A stretch of DNA of 64,000 nt from an uncultured Alphaproteobacteria bacterium (GTDB lineage: Bacteria > Pseudomonadota > Alphaproteobacteria > Rhizobiales > Xanthobacteraceae), in the NCBI GenBank assembly GCA_963795255.1, contig CAWCHC010000022.1:20845-84844 (forward strand), in the 5' to 3' direction. Both the position numbers and the translations under genes were made by a program. The notes beneath the pieces were generated by a model. The model made no database searches and had not been told where the DNA came from. It saw nothing but the letters and a program-made list of their open reading frames with translations. Below, in pieces: positions 31,091-40,933 of the stretch (positions are counted from its first letter, which is position 1; each line of letters begins with the position of its first letter).

Positions 31091-31720
31091 GTGAGCTTGA
31101 AAAAGTCGGCGTTATCATATGCGCAGCGTGCGAGCGAAGCCTCGTCGCAGGATGAGCTATCCGCTCTGGGACTCAAGCTCCGGCACGCCAGAACCGTAAG
31201 GGGCATGCGGCTGTCGGATCTCGCCACGGTTTCCTGTTGCTCGGAAAGTCTTCTGTCCAAGATCGAGAATGGAAAGACGATTCCCTCTCTCAATACCTTG
31301 CATAACCTTGCCAAAGGACTGGGCCTGACCATTGCCAAACTCCTGAGCGACGAAGCGGTGCCAACCGGTATCGTCATGCGAGAGGGCCAGCGGCCGGTGC
31401 TCAGCCGCATGGGACTTGGAGGCTATGGGGTCGACGGCGTCGAAACCGAGCTCTTGATTCCCTTTGGCGCGGAGTCCGCCCTACAGGCAACCTTGCTTCA
31501 TGTTCAGCCCGGCGCGCGGAGCGACGGACTGAGACAACATGAAGGCGACGAGGTCGGCTATATCATCAGCGGACAGATCACGCTGACGGTCGAAGGCGAC
31601 AGCTATTTCCTGAAGACGGGCGACGCCTTCTTCTTTCCATCCATGCGACCACACGGCATTGCGAATCCCGGCAATTCGCCGGCCGTCGTCATATGGGTAA
31701 ACACACCTCCAACGCTGTGA
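31091..31720 (+). CDS. XRE-family HTH + cupin transcriptional regulator (start uncertain, 31049 or 31091)
   Basis: SESLLSKIENGKTIPS, HEGDEVGYIISG, WVNTPP; paralog of 16316..16912. Confidence 0.9.
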   Translation: MSLKKSALSYAQRASEASSQDELSALGLKLRHARTVRGMRLSDLATVSCCSESLLSKIENGKTIPSLNTLHNLAKGLGLTIAKLLSDEAVPTGIVMREGQRPVLSRMGLGGYGVDGVETELLIPFGAESALQATLLHVQPGARSDGLRQHEGDEVGYIISGQITLTVEGDSYFLKTGDAFFFPSMRPHGIANPGNSPAVVIWVNTPPTL

Positions 31721-31813
31721 GAACATACAACGTCCCGAGATGCTCGATGATCGTTCAGTTCCGCAGCTTAACTTTATATCGCACGCCATTCTTTCTTACG
31801 AGGAGACACGCCA

Positions 31814-32509
31814 ATGACTGACTACGCCATTTCTGAGAAGCTGGTTGCAGCTGCGATAGCGGATCGTGGGAAAGCCCATCCCTGGGACAGGTTTCCGATC
31901 GCTAAAACCGCTCTCGTCGTCGTTGACATGCAAAATTACTTTGTAGCGCCGGACTCCCAGGGTGAGCCAAACCCGGCGCAAGGCATTGTACCGTCGATCA
32001 ATCGGTTAGCAGCGGCGATGCGGGCGCTTGGGGGAAAAGTCATATGGATTTAAAACACCACGACCAACACCCGCCAAGCCTGGTCGGTGCGGCACGAACT
32101 GCTTTCTCATGCAAAGGCAGAATATCGCCTCGCGGCCATGGAAATCGGGGCTGAAGGCTACCAGCTGTGGCCGACACTCGACGTCCGGGCTGACGATACG
32201 ATGCTCGTTAAACAATTCTACTCGGCTTTTGCTCAGGGATCGTCGGACATTGTCGCTACTCTGAGAGCCAAGGGAATCGAATTCGTATTGATTGCCGGAA
32301 CCTATACCAATGTTTGCTGCCAGGCTTCTGCGCAGGATGCCATGATGCTCAACTTTCGAACGATCATGGTGTCCGACTGCAACGCCGGATCGACTCCCGA
32401 AACCCATGCAGCGGCTTTGGACAATTTCTTTGAGTTCTTCGGCGACGTATTATCGGTAGACGAGGTGCTAGAGCGACTCGAGGCGCCTACGCAAACTGCG
32501 GCTGCTTGA
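31814..32509 (+). pseudogene. Isochorismatase/cysteine hydrolase family gene with in-frame TAA at 32051-32053
   Basis: ORFs 31814..32053 and 32087..32509 are in the same frame. ALVVVDMQNYF, K..YSAF, GTYTNVCC. GAGGAG RBS. Confidence 0.85.
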
Positions 32510-32520
32510 GGTCAAGTTCA

Positions 32521-33135
32521 ATGTCGACAAAACATGCCGACAAATGCGCTCTGGTCGTCGTCGACATGCAGAACGACTACTGCCATACCCGCGGCGTGTA
32601 CTCGCGTAATGACCTGAAGTGCTTCGACATACAAAACGTGGTCACCGCCACGGCAAGGGCCGTTACTGAGTGCAAGCGGCGCGGGATCCCGGTCATCTAT
32701 TTACGCATGGCATGGAATACGGATGCTTCCGGGCTTCCGGTCGATGCCGGACTGATCGTCGAGCAGTCGCGACCATTCATTCGCACGGAGGGACTTCGCC
32801 GAGGCACCTGGGGTGTCGAAGTATTGGAAGGGTTGCCAGCCCCCGACTATGTGGTCGACAAAACGCGCTATAGCGGGTTTCATAACACCGGACTGGAGGC
32901 CCTGCTGCGCGGACTTCAGATCGAAACGATCTTCCTGGCAGGCGTGATCACCAATATGTGCGTCGAGGCCACGGCGCGCGACGCCTTCCATCGCGACTTT
33001 CGATTTGTCGTGATGTCCGACTGCGTATCAGGTTTTAACCGCAAGCTGCACGACGCCAGCCTGGAGACCTTGCAGATCTTCGGCAAGGTAAAACGGTCTG
33101 ACGATCTTCTTGGGGAGATCCAGCATTCACGTTAG
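32521..33135 (+). CDS. Isochorismatase/cysteine hydrolase family protein (RutB-like)
   Basis: ALVVVDMQNDY, GTWG, DKTRYSGF, GVITNMCVEATARDA (Asp-Lys-Cys triad). Confidence 0.9.
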   Translation: MSTKHADKCALVVVDMQNDYCHTRGVYSRNDLKCFDIQNVVTATARAVTECKRRGIPVIYLRMAWNTDASGLPVDAGLIVEQSRPFIRTEGLRRGTWGVEVLEGLPAPDYVVDKTRYSGFHNTGLEALLRGLQIETIFLAGVITNMCVEATARDAFHRDFRFVVMSDCVSGFNRKLHDASLETLQIFGKVKRSDDLLGEIQHSR

Positions 33136-34094
33136 TTGTTTGCCTCTACGGGAAAAACCCGACGCCAATGCTCTGCAATATCGACACCGCGACAAAACCA
33201 GACATCGTCGAACTTGCGCATATATTCCAGAAGCCGGATCAGCCCGATGCACCGTCCCGGCCGTCCGATTAGACGGTCATGCAATCCGATCGACAGCAGC
33301 TTCGGGGAACCGTTCTTGCCCTCGCGATAGAGGACGTCAAAGGCGTCCCGCATATAGCTGAAAAAGTCATCCGCCGTCGAAAACCCACTGTTTTCATTGA
33401 AGCGGTTGTCATTGGCTTCATAGGAATAAGGGATAACCAGGTGCGGCGTTTCCCCCACGCGCAGCCAATACGGTAGTTCGTCGGCGAGGGAATCTCGGTC
33501 ATAAAGGAAACCACCGGCCTCGACGATGAGACGCCGCGTATTGGGGCCTGGCCGTCCAGTCATCCAACCGACGGGTCTCGCCCCTGTCAGCCCCGTGAGC
33601 AGATCAATTGCACGCCTGATGTGCTCGCGCTCGACCTCTTCGCTTACATCGCCGTAATCGATCCAGCGATAGCCGTGACTAACGATCTCGTGTCCCCGCT
33701 GAACGCACCCTTTGGCGAGTTCCGGATTTTGTTCCAGTGCGCGTGCGACGCCCAGAATGCTGACTTGAATTGAGAAGTCGCGGAAGGCATCGAGTACGCG
33801 CCAAACACCGCGTCGGCTGCCGAATTCGAACACTGATTTAACAAGCGGAGATCGCTTTCCGATTACCGAAGCAACCCCGATATCGTTCAGCATGCCCTCG
33901 GATCGATCGTCTCCATTAAAGAGAGTTGCCTCGCCTCCTCCCTCCACATTGAGATTGAAATTGACCGCAATTGCCGCTCCCTGCGGCCAGGCTGGGTGTG
34001 GCGGAAATTCGCCATAACCCACAAGATCGCGAGCAATCATGGGATCTGACTTGGTTTCGTACATGGTTGGCGTGCTCACAACATTGCTGATCAA
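33132..34094 (-). CDS. puuE: Allantoinase PuuE-like polysaccharide deacetylase family protein
   Basis: RDLVGYG..PP...WP, EFGSR.GVWR, HGYRW, PVGWMTGR, ADELPYW, LSIGLH.RLIGRPGR, IAEHW. Confidence 0.8.
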   Translation of the reverse strand: MISNVVSTPTMYETKSDPMIARDLVGYGEFPPHPAWPQGAAIAVNFNLNVEGGGEATLFNGDDRSEGMLNDIGVASVIGKRSPLVKSVFEFGSRRGVWRVLDAFRDFSIQVSILGVARALEQNPELAKGCVQRGHEIVSHGYRWIDYGDVSEEVEREHIRRAIDLLTGLTGARPVGWMTGRPGPNTRRLIVEAGGFLYDRDSLADELPYWLRVGETPHLVIPYSYEANDNRFNENSGFSTADDFFSYMRDAFDVLYREGKNGSPKLLSIGLHDRLIGRPGRCIGLIRLLEYMRKFDDVWFCRGVDIAEHWRRVFPVEANN

Positions 34095-35221
34095 CTCGGC
34101 GGCGTAAGCGGCGCCGCGCAGGGGTCATAGCAGTAAAACCAATCGGTTTCCGTCGGTCCTCGCATCCAGCTGTTCTCGGCAGAAATCCGTTGCACGTCGG
34201 CTACGCGAGGGATGCGGGTGGCGGCGTACCAGGCAAATGCCTCATGATAATCATCAAATTTTTCGAGGCAGCGGCTAAGGATTGCTCCGTCCTCGACCGC
34301 CATCGCACCGCCAGCCGCCATATATGGGCGCATAGGATGACAGGCGTCACCCAGGAGTACAATGCGCCCGCCACTCCAGCGATCGTTTCTCTCACGATCG
34401 TAAATCGGCCAGAGGCTCACTTCTTCGGCGACTTCAAGGACCTTGCGCAAATCGGCATGAAATCCCGAAAATGCCTCTAGCATTTCGTCTCGACTACATG
34501 GCAAAGACGATACATCGCTTTCCCATTCCCGGGCCGGAAGAACTCCGATCACATAAATCTCGTCACGCCGATTGGTCATGAAATAGGGAAGAGCGTGCCG
34601 ATCCGGTCCCCACCATTTGGTGCAGTCTGGAATCTCGAAGCCACCCAGATGCGTGGTGGAAAAAATGGCGCGCTGCGCCACAGCGCCGGCGAATCGTGGC
34701 GGTGCAGAGCCGAGCAAATACTCACGGACTTTGGAACGAATACCGTCCGCACCAATCACAATATCGGCTTCGATCCGAGAACCATTATCGAATGTAAGAA
34801 GGACGGTGTCACTGGTCTCATCCAGCCCGACTAACCGATGGTTGAAGACGATGGTGTTTGGTGCAACAACTTTCTCCAGCACGCCATGCAGATCGCCACG
34901 ATGAATGTTTAAGTATGGCCCACCATATCGGGCTTCGCTCGCTGCATCGAACGATATCTCATACATGGTATCGCCCGTATTCCAGGCGCGGCTCACATAT
35001 GACTTGGGCTTAATTCCTGTCTCGATCAGGGATTGTTCTATCCCGAGACGGCGAAATGCCTTGATGGCGTTCGCGCTGAGGATAATGCCTGCTCCAATAC
35101 GGGAGAACGAAGGCGCCTGTTCGTATACTATCACTGGGAAACCGGCGCGCTGCAAAAAGCCTGCGACCGTCAAACCGCCAAGCCCTGCGCCTACGACAGC
35201 TACTCGTTTCATAGCATTCAT
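34091..35221 (-). CDS. FAD-dependent monooxygenase, 6-hydroxynicotinate 3-monooxygenase (NicC)-like
   Basis: VVGAGLGG, YEQAPSFSRIGAGI, IHRGDLH, IGADGIRS, CTKWW, LLGDACHPMRPYMAAGGAMAVED, WMRGPTETDWFY.YD. Confidence 0.82.
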   Translation of the reverse strand: MNAMKRVAVVGAGLGGLTVAGFLQRAGFPVIVYEQAPSFSRIGAGIILSANAIKAFRRLGIEQSLIETGIKPKSYVSRAWNTGDTMYEISFDAASEARYGGPYLNIHRGDLHGVLEKVVAPNTIVFNHRLVGLDETSDTVLLTFDNGSRIEADIVIGADGIRSKVREYLLGSAPPRFAGAVAQRAIFSTTHLGGFEIPDCTKWWGPDRHALPYFMTNRRDEIYVIGVLPAREWESDVSSLPCSRDEMLEAFSGFHADLRKVLEVAEEVSLWPIYDRERNDRWSGGRIVLLGDACHPMRPYMAAGGAMAVEDGAILSRCLEKFDDYHEAFAWYAATRIPRVADVQRISAENSWMRGPTETDWFYCYDPCAAPLTPPS

Positions 35222-35464
35222 CCCACCGGCCTCTGCAACACAGGTTACAAAAAAAGCGACCTTCCCAGGCAAGCAATTCGTGCGCCAGTCCTTGAAGGTC
35301 CGCCTTCGAGGCTAGCGCCTTTTAACGGCGGATTGTGGTGACCCTTTCGCAAATGTATGCAGCGCCTTCACCGACAGAATGGCTTTCGGGAACCGAAAAC
35401 TCCCGAAAACTGGAAATTCCGCACCTTCGAGCACTGCCGCAAGCGCTTTTCATCATGGTCGAAC

Positions 35465-35788
35465 TCAATCGAAATAGAAGCCGCCGTTCACCTCGACGAC
35501 TTCGCCGGTGACAAATTTGGATTTCTCAGAAGCCAGAAAGCACGCGACGCCGGCAATATCGTAAGGTTCTGCAAGCCGGCCAAGCGGTGTGAGTTCAATC
35601 GCCTTGGCTTTGACAGCTGCCCGCCATGAGGTCGTCATCGCCGTCTGAACCACACCGGGATTGACCGCATTGACGCGGATACCCTTGGGTCCCAGCGCCT
35701 TGGCCAACGAATGCGTCAATCCGATTACCGCCCCTTTCGAACTGACATAGGCCGGCCCGCCGGCAACGCCGCGGGCGGCGACGGCCAC
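35465..35788 (-). pseudogene. SDR oxidoreductase C-terminal fragment
   Basis: YVSSKG, IRVNAVNPG, PLGRL, FVTGEVVEVNGG are present; the N-terminal GxxxGxG is absent. Confidence 0.82.
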
Positions 35789-35794
35789 GGGGCG

Positions 35795-36200
35795 CTAGGT
35801 GGGCTTTGGCATCAGGCCGAGCGGGACAGGAAGGGCGTTACGCCGATTCCACCAGTGACAAAGATATAGCGCTTCGCCGGAATATCGATTGCGATCCCGC
35901 CGCGCGGTGGCGACACGCCGATCGTGTCGCCGACCGAAAGCTTGTCGTGAAGCGCAATTGACCACCGCGCCCGTGCACCTCGCGCTTGACGGCAACCACA
36001 TAACGCGCGTTGTCGGCGGGCTTGCACAGCGAATAGTTGCGCACAAAACCGTCCGGCAAACGCAAGTTATTGTGCGCGTCAGGTTTAAACGATGAAAATT
36101 CCCAACAGTCGGGGTCGACCAGAGTGAAGACCTTGATGCCGGCCCCTCCGTCCTTGATCGCATTAACGACGGTTTTGACCGTGGTGATTGCCTTCTTCAT
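35795..36200 (-). pseudogene. PDR/VanB-like ferredoxin-NAD(P) reductase N-terminal fragment, frameshifted and truncated
   Basis: VRNYSLC and YVVAVKRE..GRGG in one frame; VGDTIGVSPPR and IFVTGGIGVTPFLS in another; no 2Fe-2S domain. Confidence 0.8.
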
Positions 36201-36365
36201 TCTGCGTTCGGGACGATGTCTCCGACTTTGACGACGCCTCCTTGAAGGATGCGGCAGTTTAAGCCCGAGCGGTTTATCAGGGGATCGAAGCTAGCTTTCC
36301 CGGTGACCTCCTCGATGTGACGGCAGGGAGTTGACAGGCGCGTTGCTTCCAGAAGAGTTGGGAAC
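36197..36365 (-). pseudogene. MOSC domain C-terminal fragment
   Basis: LLEATRLSTPCRHIEE..RSGLNCRILQGGVVKVGD; N-terminal half missing. Confidence 0.72.
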
Positions 36366-36468
36366 TGACCGGGTAACGTGGAGATGACGGGAAACCCGCC
36401 CGCGCTCGCTACCCAGTTTTGAGCTATCTCGCCGGGCATTTCGGTGCCCTGAAACTGACAACCTCCGC

Positions 36469-36933
36469 TTATTTCCCCGGCGGAAATGCCGCAATCATGT
36501 CGAGTTCGATGCGGGCGCCAGGCGTCGAGAGTTGATTGATGCATATCGTCGTGCTGGCCGGCGTCCACGATCCGAAATATTCCTTGAGCACGGCGACCAT
36601 GCCGTCCTGGTCGCGGATATCGGTCAGGTATTTCGTCACCTTCACCACATCGGTCCAAGTCAGCCCCTCATGTTCCAGAATGGTCTTGATCGTCTCCATC
36701 GCGCGGCGGGTCTGATCTTCGATCCGGTTCGGATGATCGTGTTCGGAGATCACATGCGGGTGCTTGTGATAGAGCGGCGATGGCGTGGCGCCTGAAATAA
36801 ACAACAATCCGCAAGGGCTTTCCACCCGCATCGCCGGCGCGTACGGCATGTCCACCCGCCGCTCCGGCTCGGTCTGGATTTCCTGGAGGTTCGGATTGGT
36901 GGGCGAAGCCTGAAAAGCGGGTTTCCTGGTCAT
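36469..36933 (-). CDS. RidA/YjgF family protein (no catalytic Arg)
   Basis: LLFISG, WTDVVKV..YL, TPASTTICI, RIELDMIA. Confidence 0.88.
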   Translation of the reverse strand: MTRKPAFQASPTNPNLQEIQTEPERRVDMPYAPAMRVESPCGLLFISGATPSPLYHKHPHVISEHDHPNRIEDQTRRAMETIKTILEHEGLTWTDVVKVTKYLTDIRDQDGMVAVLKEYFGSWTPASTTICINQLSTPGARIELDMIAAFPPGK

Positions 36934-36948
36934 GATAACTCCAAGCGA

Positions 36949-37510
36949 TTAAACGGCTGATGCCGGCGGCACGGCGCCCGACTTCGAAACGCGCGGACGC
37001 GGTCGGCCCCCATCCGCAAGCGCGACGATCACTACGATCTCGTCGGGCCGGGGCGCATTGGGAACCATGACGCTCAGCGTGTCAATTTGATCGAACGACC
37101 AGACGTCGTCCTTGTGGCCCAAGGGAATATCGATCACCGAACCTACGCTACCGATCTTCACGTTGGACGGAATGATCGCCTGCCCGCCTCCGATGGCGTC
37201 GCGCATCGGCTTGCCCATCCGCGGATGCAGAATCGCGGCGGCATGCTCGATATCGCCCGACGCACCCACGATCGCAGCCTTGCCATAGGAAATAGCCGGC
37301 CCCGGCAGTAAAGCCTGCGCCTCCTTCACCAGCCGCGCGCCGAGATCGGCCCCCATGCCAACAAGCTCGGAAAGATCGTCCAGCGCCTGATGGGCGAGCG
37401 GGTTGGCGATCACCGCGCAGGCCGCGACCCGCGTGACGGGTTTGAGCGCGGGCAAACCGCCTTCGGCAAACACGACGTCCTTGCAGCAGCCAGATACGTC
37501 TGATGTCCAT
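36949..37510 (-). pseudogene. DUF1185 ('amino acid synthesis') family protein, +1 frameshift near 37484 (possibly an assembly error)
   Basis: MDIRRIW at ATG 37510, then in the shifted frame AVIANP, SYGKAAIVG..GDIEHAAA, IDIPL.HK, APRPDEI, GGRPRPR. Confidence 0.78.
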
Positions 37511-37511
37511 G

Positions 37512-38489
37512 TCAGCCTCCTGTCAGCCGCTCGAAATTGCTTTCCAGCACCAGTTTCGTTTGCTCGGCCGGCAAGGCATTGCGTACGAAGGTCACCGGAT
37601 GGGGTTCACCGAGCGGGAACGGCGCATCGCTCCCGAGCATGATCTGCTCCGGCGGAATTACCTCTGTGACATAGCGCAACATCGCCGGCTCAAAGCAGAT
37701 CGAATCCACATAAAGCTGGCGCAGATAATCGCCGACCGGCTTGGTCAGAGTCCGTTGAAGCTGAGCGTTGGTATCGACCTCGCGCTGCATCCGCGCCCGC
37801 AAGGCCGGGCTGAACGCACCGCCATGGGCGCAAACGAGCTTGAGCGTTGGCCAGCGGTCGAGAAAGCCCGAACAGATCATCTTCAGGATGTTGATGGTGC
37901 TGTCGAACAGATAGCCCGCGACGATCGTGAGTTCGTAGTCGCGCGTCCTGTCCTTGCCCAGCGGATCGGCCGGGTGCACGAACAAGGGAACGCCGAGATC
38001 GACCGCGGCCTGGAAGATCGGCGTAAACTGGCTGTCGTTCAAATAAAGGCCGCGAACGTTGGAGGCGATATGGCCGCCGATGAAACGGTGATCGCGGACA
38101 CAGCGGCGCAATTCGCGCGCGGCCGCTTCCGGATCCTGCATCGGCAGCAAAGCCCAGCCGCCAAAGCGGTTACGATCCGGCGCGATCGCCGCCGCCAATC
38201 CGTCGTTGAAGACCACGGCTGCCTCGACAGCAAGCGCGGCGTCTAAATGATAGTCGATGAACGGCGTCGCCAGTGACAGCATCGCGCGTTCGACGCCGTC
38301 GCGTTGCATCCGTTCGACCTGCTTTTCCATATCAAAGAAGGTCGTGTTCAGGCCAAAGTGCATGCCGCGAATATCAAGATCGACCGCCTCGCCCTCCTGG
38401 CGCTTGATCGTGATCGCGAATTCGGGACGCGATTGCGCGAACTTGAAAAAGGAATCTGGAACGTAATGGCAGTGGATATCGGTGATCAT
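37512..38489 (-). CDS. Amidohydrolase-2 family protein (ACMSD-like decarboxylase/hydratase)
   Basis: DIHCH, LPMQDP, LFVHP, CAHGG, LGSDAPF. Confidence 0.88.
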   Translation of the reverse strand: MITDIHCHYVPDSFFKFAQSRPEFAITIKRQEGEAVDLDIRGMHFGLNTTFFDMEKQVERMQRDGVERAMLSLATPFIDYHLDAALAVEAAVVFNDGLAAAIAPDRNRFGGWALLPMQDPEAAARELRRCVRDHRFIGGHIASNVRGLYLNDSQFTPIFQAAVDLGVPLFVHPADPLGKDRTRDYELTIVAGYLFDSTINILKMICSGFLDRWPTLKLVCAHGGAFSPALRARMQREVDTNAQLQRTLTKPVGDYLRQLYVDSICFEPAMLRYVTEVIPPEQIMLGSDAPFPLGEPHPVTFVRNALPAEQTKLVLESNFERLTGG

Positions 38490-38491
38490 GA

Positions 38492-39198
38492 CTAAAGTCC
38501 CAAATAGGCTGTTTTGAGCCGGCTCGTCGTTAAGGAGTGCAGGGCCCTTCGCCCTCCATGACGATCCGCCCGTTCTCGAGCACATAGGCGCGGTCCGCCG
38601 TCCGCAGCACATGGTGGACGTTCTGTTCGACGATCAGGACGGTGAGGCCCCTGCGGCGCAGATCGATGATCAAATCGAACAGAAGTTTTACATAGATCGG
38701 TGCGAGCCCTTCGGTCGGCTCGTCGAGCAATAACACTTGCGGCTGCGCCATCAGCGCCCGGCCGATCGCAAGCATCTGCTGTTCGCCGCCGCTCATCGAG
38801 CCCGCGACCTGGCCGCGCCGCTCGTAAAGCGTCGGCAACAGCGCGAACACCGCCTCGAGGGATTGCGAAATTAAGGCTCGCGCCGCGGGCGCATAAGCAC
38901 CGACTTCGAGATTTTCGAGCACGGTCATGAAGGGAAACAGCCGCCGCCGCTCCGGCACCAGCACCAGACCCTTGGACGGCCGCTCCCAGGGAGCGAACTC
39001 CTGAATGGAAGCGCCATCCAGCAGCACCTCGCCGCGGCAGGTGGTTCGCAAGCCGGCAAGCGAGAACATCAGCGAGCTCTTGCCGGCAGCATTGGCGCCG
39101 ACCAGGCCGACGATCTCGCCGGTGTTCACGACCATGTTGACGCCGTGCAGCACCTGCACCGCGCCATAGAACGCATCGAGGTTCTTGACCTCAAGCAA
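38492..39198 (-). pseudogene. livF: LivF-like ABC ATPase with two +1 insertions near the 3' end (possibly assembly errors)
   Basis: GANAAGKS, MSGGEQQML, LDEPTEGLAP. The corrected tail reads EGEGPALLNDERLKTAYLGL* ending at 38492. Confidence 0.85.
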
Positions 39199-39920
39199 GC
39201 TGCATCTCCTCGCCGAGATAGGCTTTGACCACGGCCGGATCGCGAGCCACTTCCGCCGGCGCGCCTTGAGCGATCACACTGCCACGGTTGATCACGACCA
39301 TCCGCGTCGCGGTCTTCATGATCGCATAGAGAACATGTTCGACCCAGATCACGGTAATTCCCCGCGCCGGCAGACTCGGCGACAATCTCGGTCATCGCAC
39401 CGACTTCTGTCGGGGTCAGGCCCGCCATGATCTCATCGAACAGCACGAGCTTCGGCTGCATCGCGAGCGCGCGCGCCACTTCCAGCCGCTTCAACAGCCC
39501 GACCGTCAATTCACTCGCCGGCCGGTCGCGATAAGACGCCAATCCAAGGTCGCTCAGCGTCAAATCCGCCAGTTCGCGCGCGCCGGCCATCGACTGCTCG
39601 CGGAGAAAGGCTGAGATCATCACGTTCTCGATAACGGATAATTGCCGGTAAGGCTTTGGAATCTGGAAGGTGCGGGCGACGCCGGCCCGCGCCATGTCAT
39701 ACGACTTCCATCCGGTCACGTCCGCGCCGTCGATCGTGATCTTCCCGCCGGACGGCGGCATGACGCCGGCGATCAGGTTGAACAGCGTGCTTTTTCCAGC
39801 GCCGTTCGGCCCGATCAGTCCCAGCAATTCCCCCGGCTGAACGGCAAAGGACACGTTGTCGACGGCGCGGGTGACGCCGAAGCTGCGGCTGACCCCTTGC
39901 ACTTCCAGCAGCGCACTCAT
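39191..39920 (-). pseudogene. livG: LivG-like ABC ATPase, +1 frameshift near 39378 (possibly an assembly error)
   Basis: [24 protein letters not shown]; the tail GITVIWVEH..KAYLG is in ORF 39191..39385. Confidence 0.85.
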
Positions 39921-40930
39921 GGTCGCCGCTTTCGTGACTTTAGCTTTTCGAGTGCGCCGGCAATGCCGGTTGGGAAATACAGCATCACGACGATAAGCCC
40001 GGCGCTGTAGATCACGAGATGCAGTCCCGCCGCCGCATTGCCGAGATTGGCGCGCAACAGCTCCGACAATGGCGTAATGAGGAAGGAGCCGAGGATCGGG
40101 CCGATAGCGGTCCCGAGCCCGCCGACCGCGGGTAGAAGCGCAAACTGAAACGACAGTTCAGGCGAGATCACATAGGTCGGATCGAGATAAAGGAAGTATT
40201 GCGCAAAAAGCGTGCCCCCTACCCCAGTCAGCGCAGCGCTCAGTGCCATTGCCGAGGAACGAACCATTAGCGGATTGATACCAGCGGCAGCGGCCGCGTC
40301 GTCATTGTCACGAACCGCGAACAGATAGAATCCGAAGCGCGACGCTTCGAGCCAGCGCATGATGGCATAGGCCAAAATCAGATAGATCAGGGTCAAGGTC
40401 TCATAGGCGGGCTTCGAACCGAGCACCATATTGGCAGGGTCCGGCACCGGCGGGATCGACAGGCCCTCGGCGCCGCCGGTCACCGACGACCAGTTCAGCG
40501 CAATGATGCGCACCACTTCCGCGAACGCCAGCGACGAAAGAATGAAGAACGGCCCCTTGAGCCGCGCGCAGATCAGCGAGAGCACCGCGCCGGCAATGGC
40601 CGCGGCCGCGGCCCCGACGAAGATGCCAAGCCATGGCGTGACATTATAGCTCTGAAACAGAATGGTCGACGTATAGGCCCCGATTCCAAAAAACGCGGCG
40701 TGGCCGAACGAGATCAATCCGGCGCAACCGCCCGCGATATTCCAGGCGAGCGCAAGGCCGGCAAAAAGGAAAGAGAGAACGATGACGTCCTGCAAAGTTG
40801 GCGCAAGACCCAAGCCGACCCAGGCGGCGCAACCTGTGAGCAACACAATCTCAAACCATGAGAGCTTTCCGCGTTTCGGCATTGCGGAAATTCGCGACCA
40901 CCCGTTCGTTCTGGCCGGCATCGCCGTCAT
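39917..40930 (-). CDS. livM: LivM-like ABC permease
   Basis: AWNIAGG.AG.ISFGHAAFFGIGAY, RLKGPFF, VGGLGT..GP. Confidence 0.92.
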   Translation of the reverse strand: MTAMPARTNGWSRISAMPKRGKLSWFEIVLLTGCAAWVGLGLAPTLQDVIVLSFLFAGLALAWNIAGGCAGLISFGHAAFFGIGAYTSTILFQSYNVTPWLGIFVGAAAAAIAGAVLSLICARLKGPFFILSSLAFAEVVRIIALNWSSVTGGAEGLSIPPVPDPANMVLGSKPAYETLTLIYLILAYAIMRWLEASRFGFYLFAVRDNDDAAAAAGINPLMVRSSAMALSAALTGVGGTLFAQYFLYLDPTYVISPELSFQFALLPAVGGLGTAIGPILGSFLITPLSELLRANLGNAAAGLHLVIYSAGLIVVMLYFPTGIAGALEKLKSRKRRP

Positions 40931-40933
40931 GCG

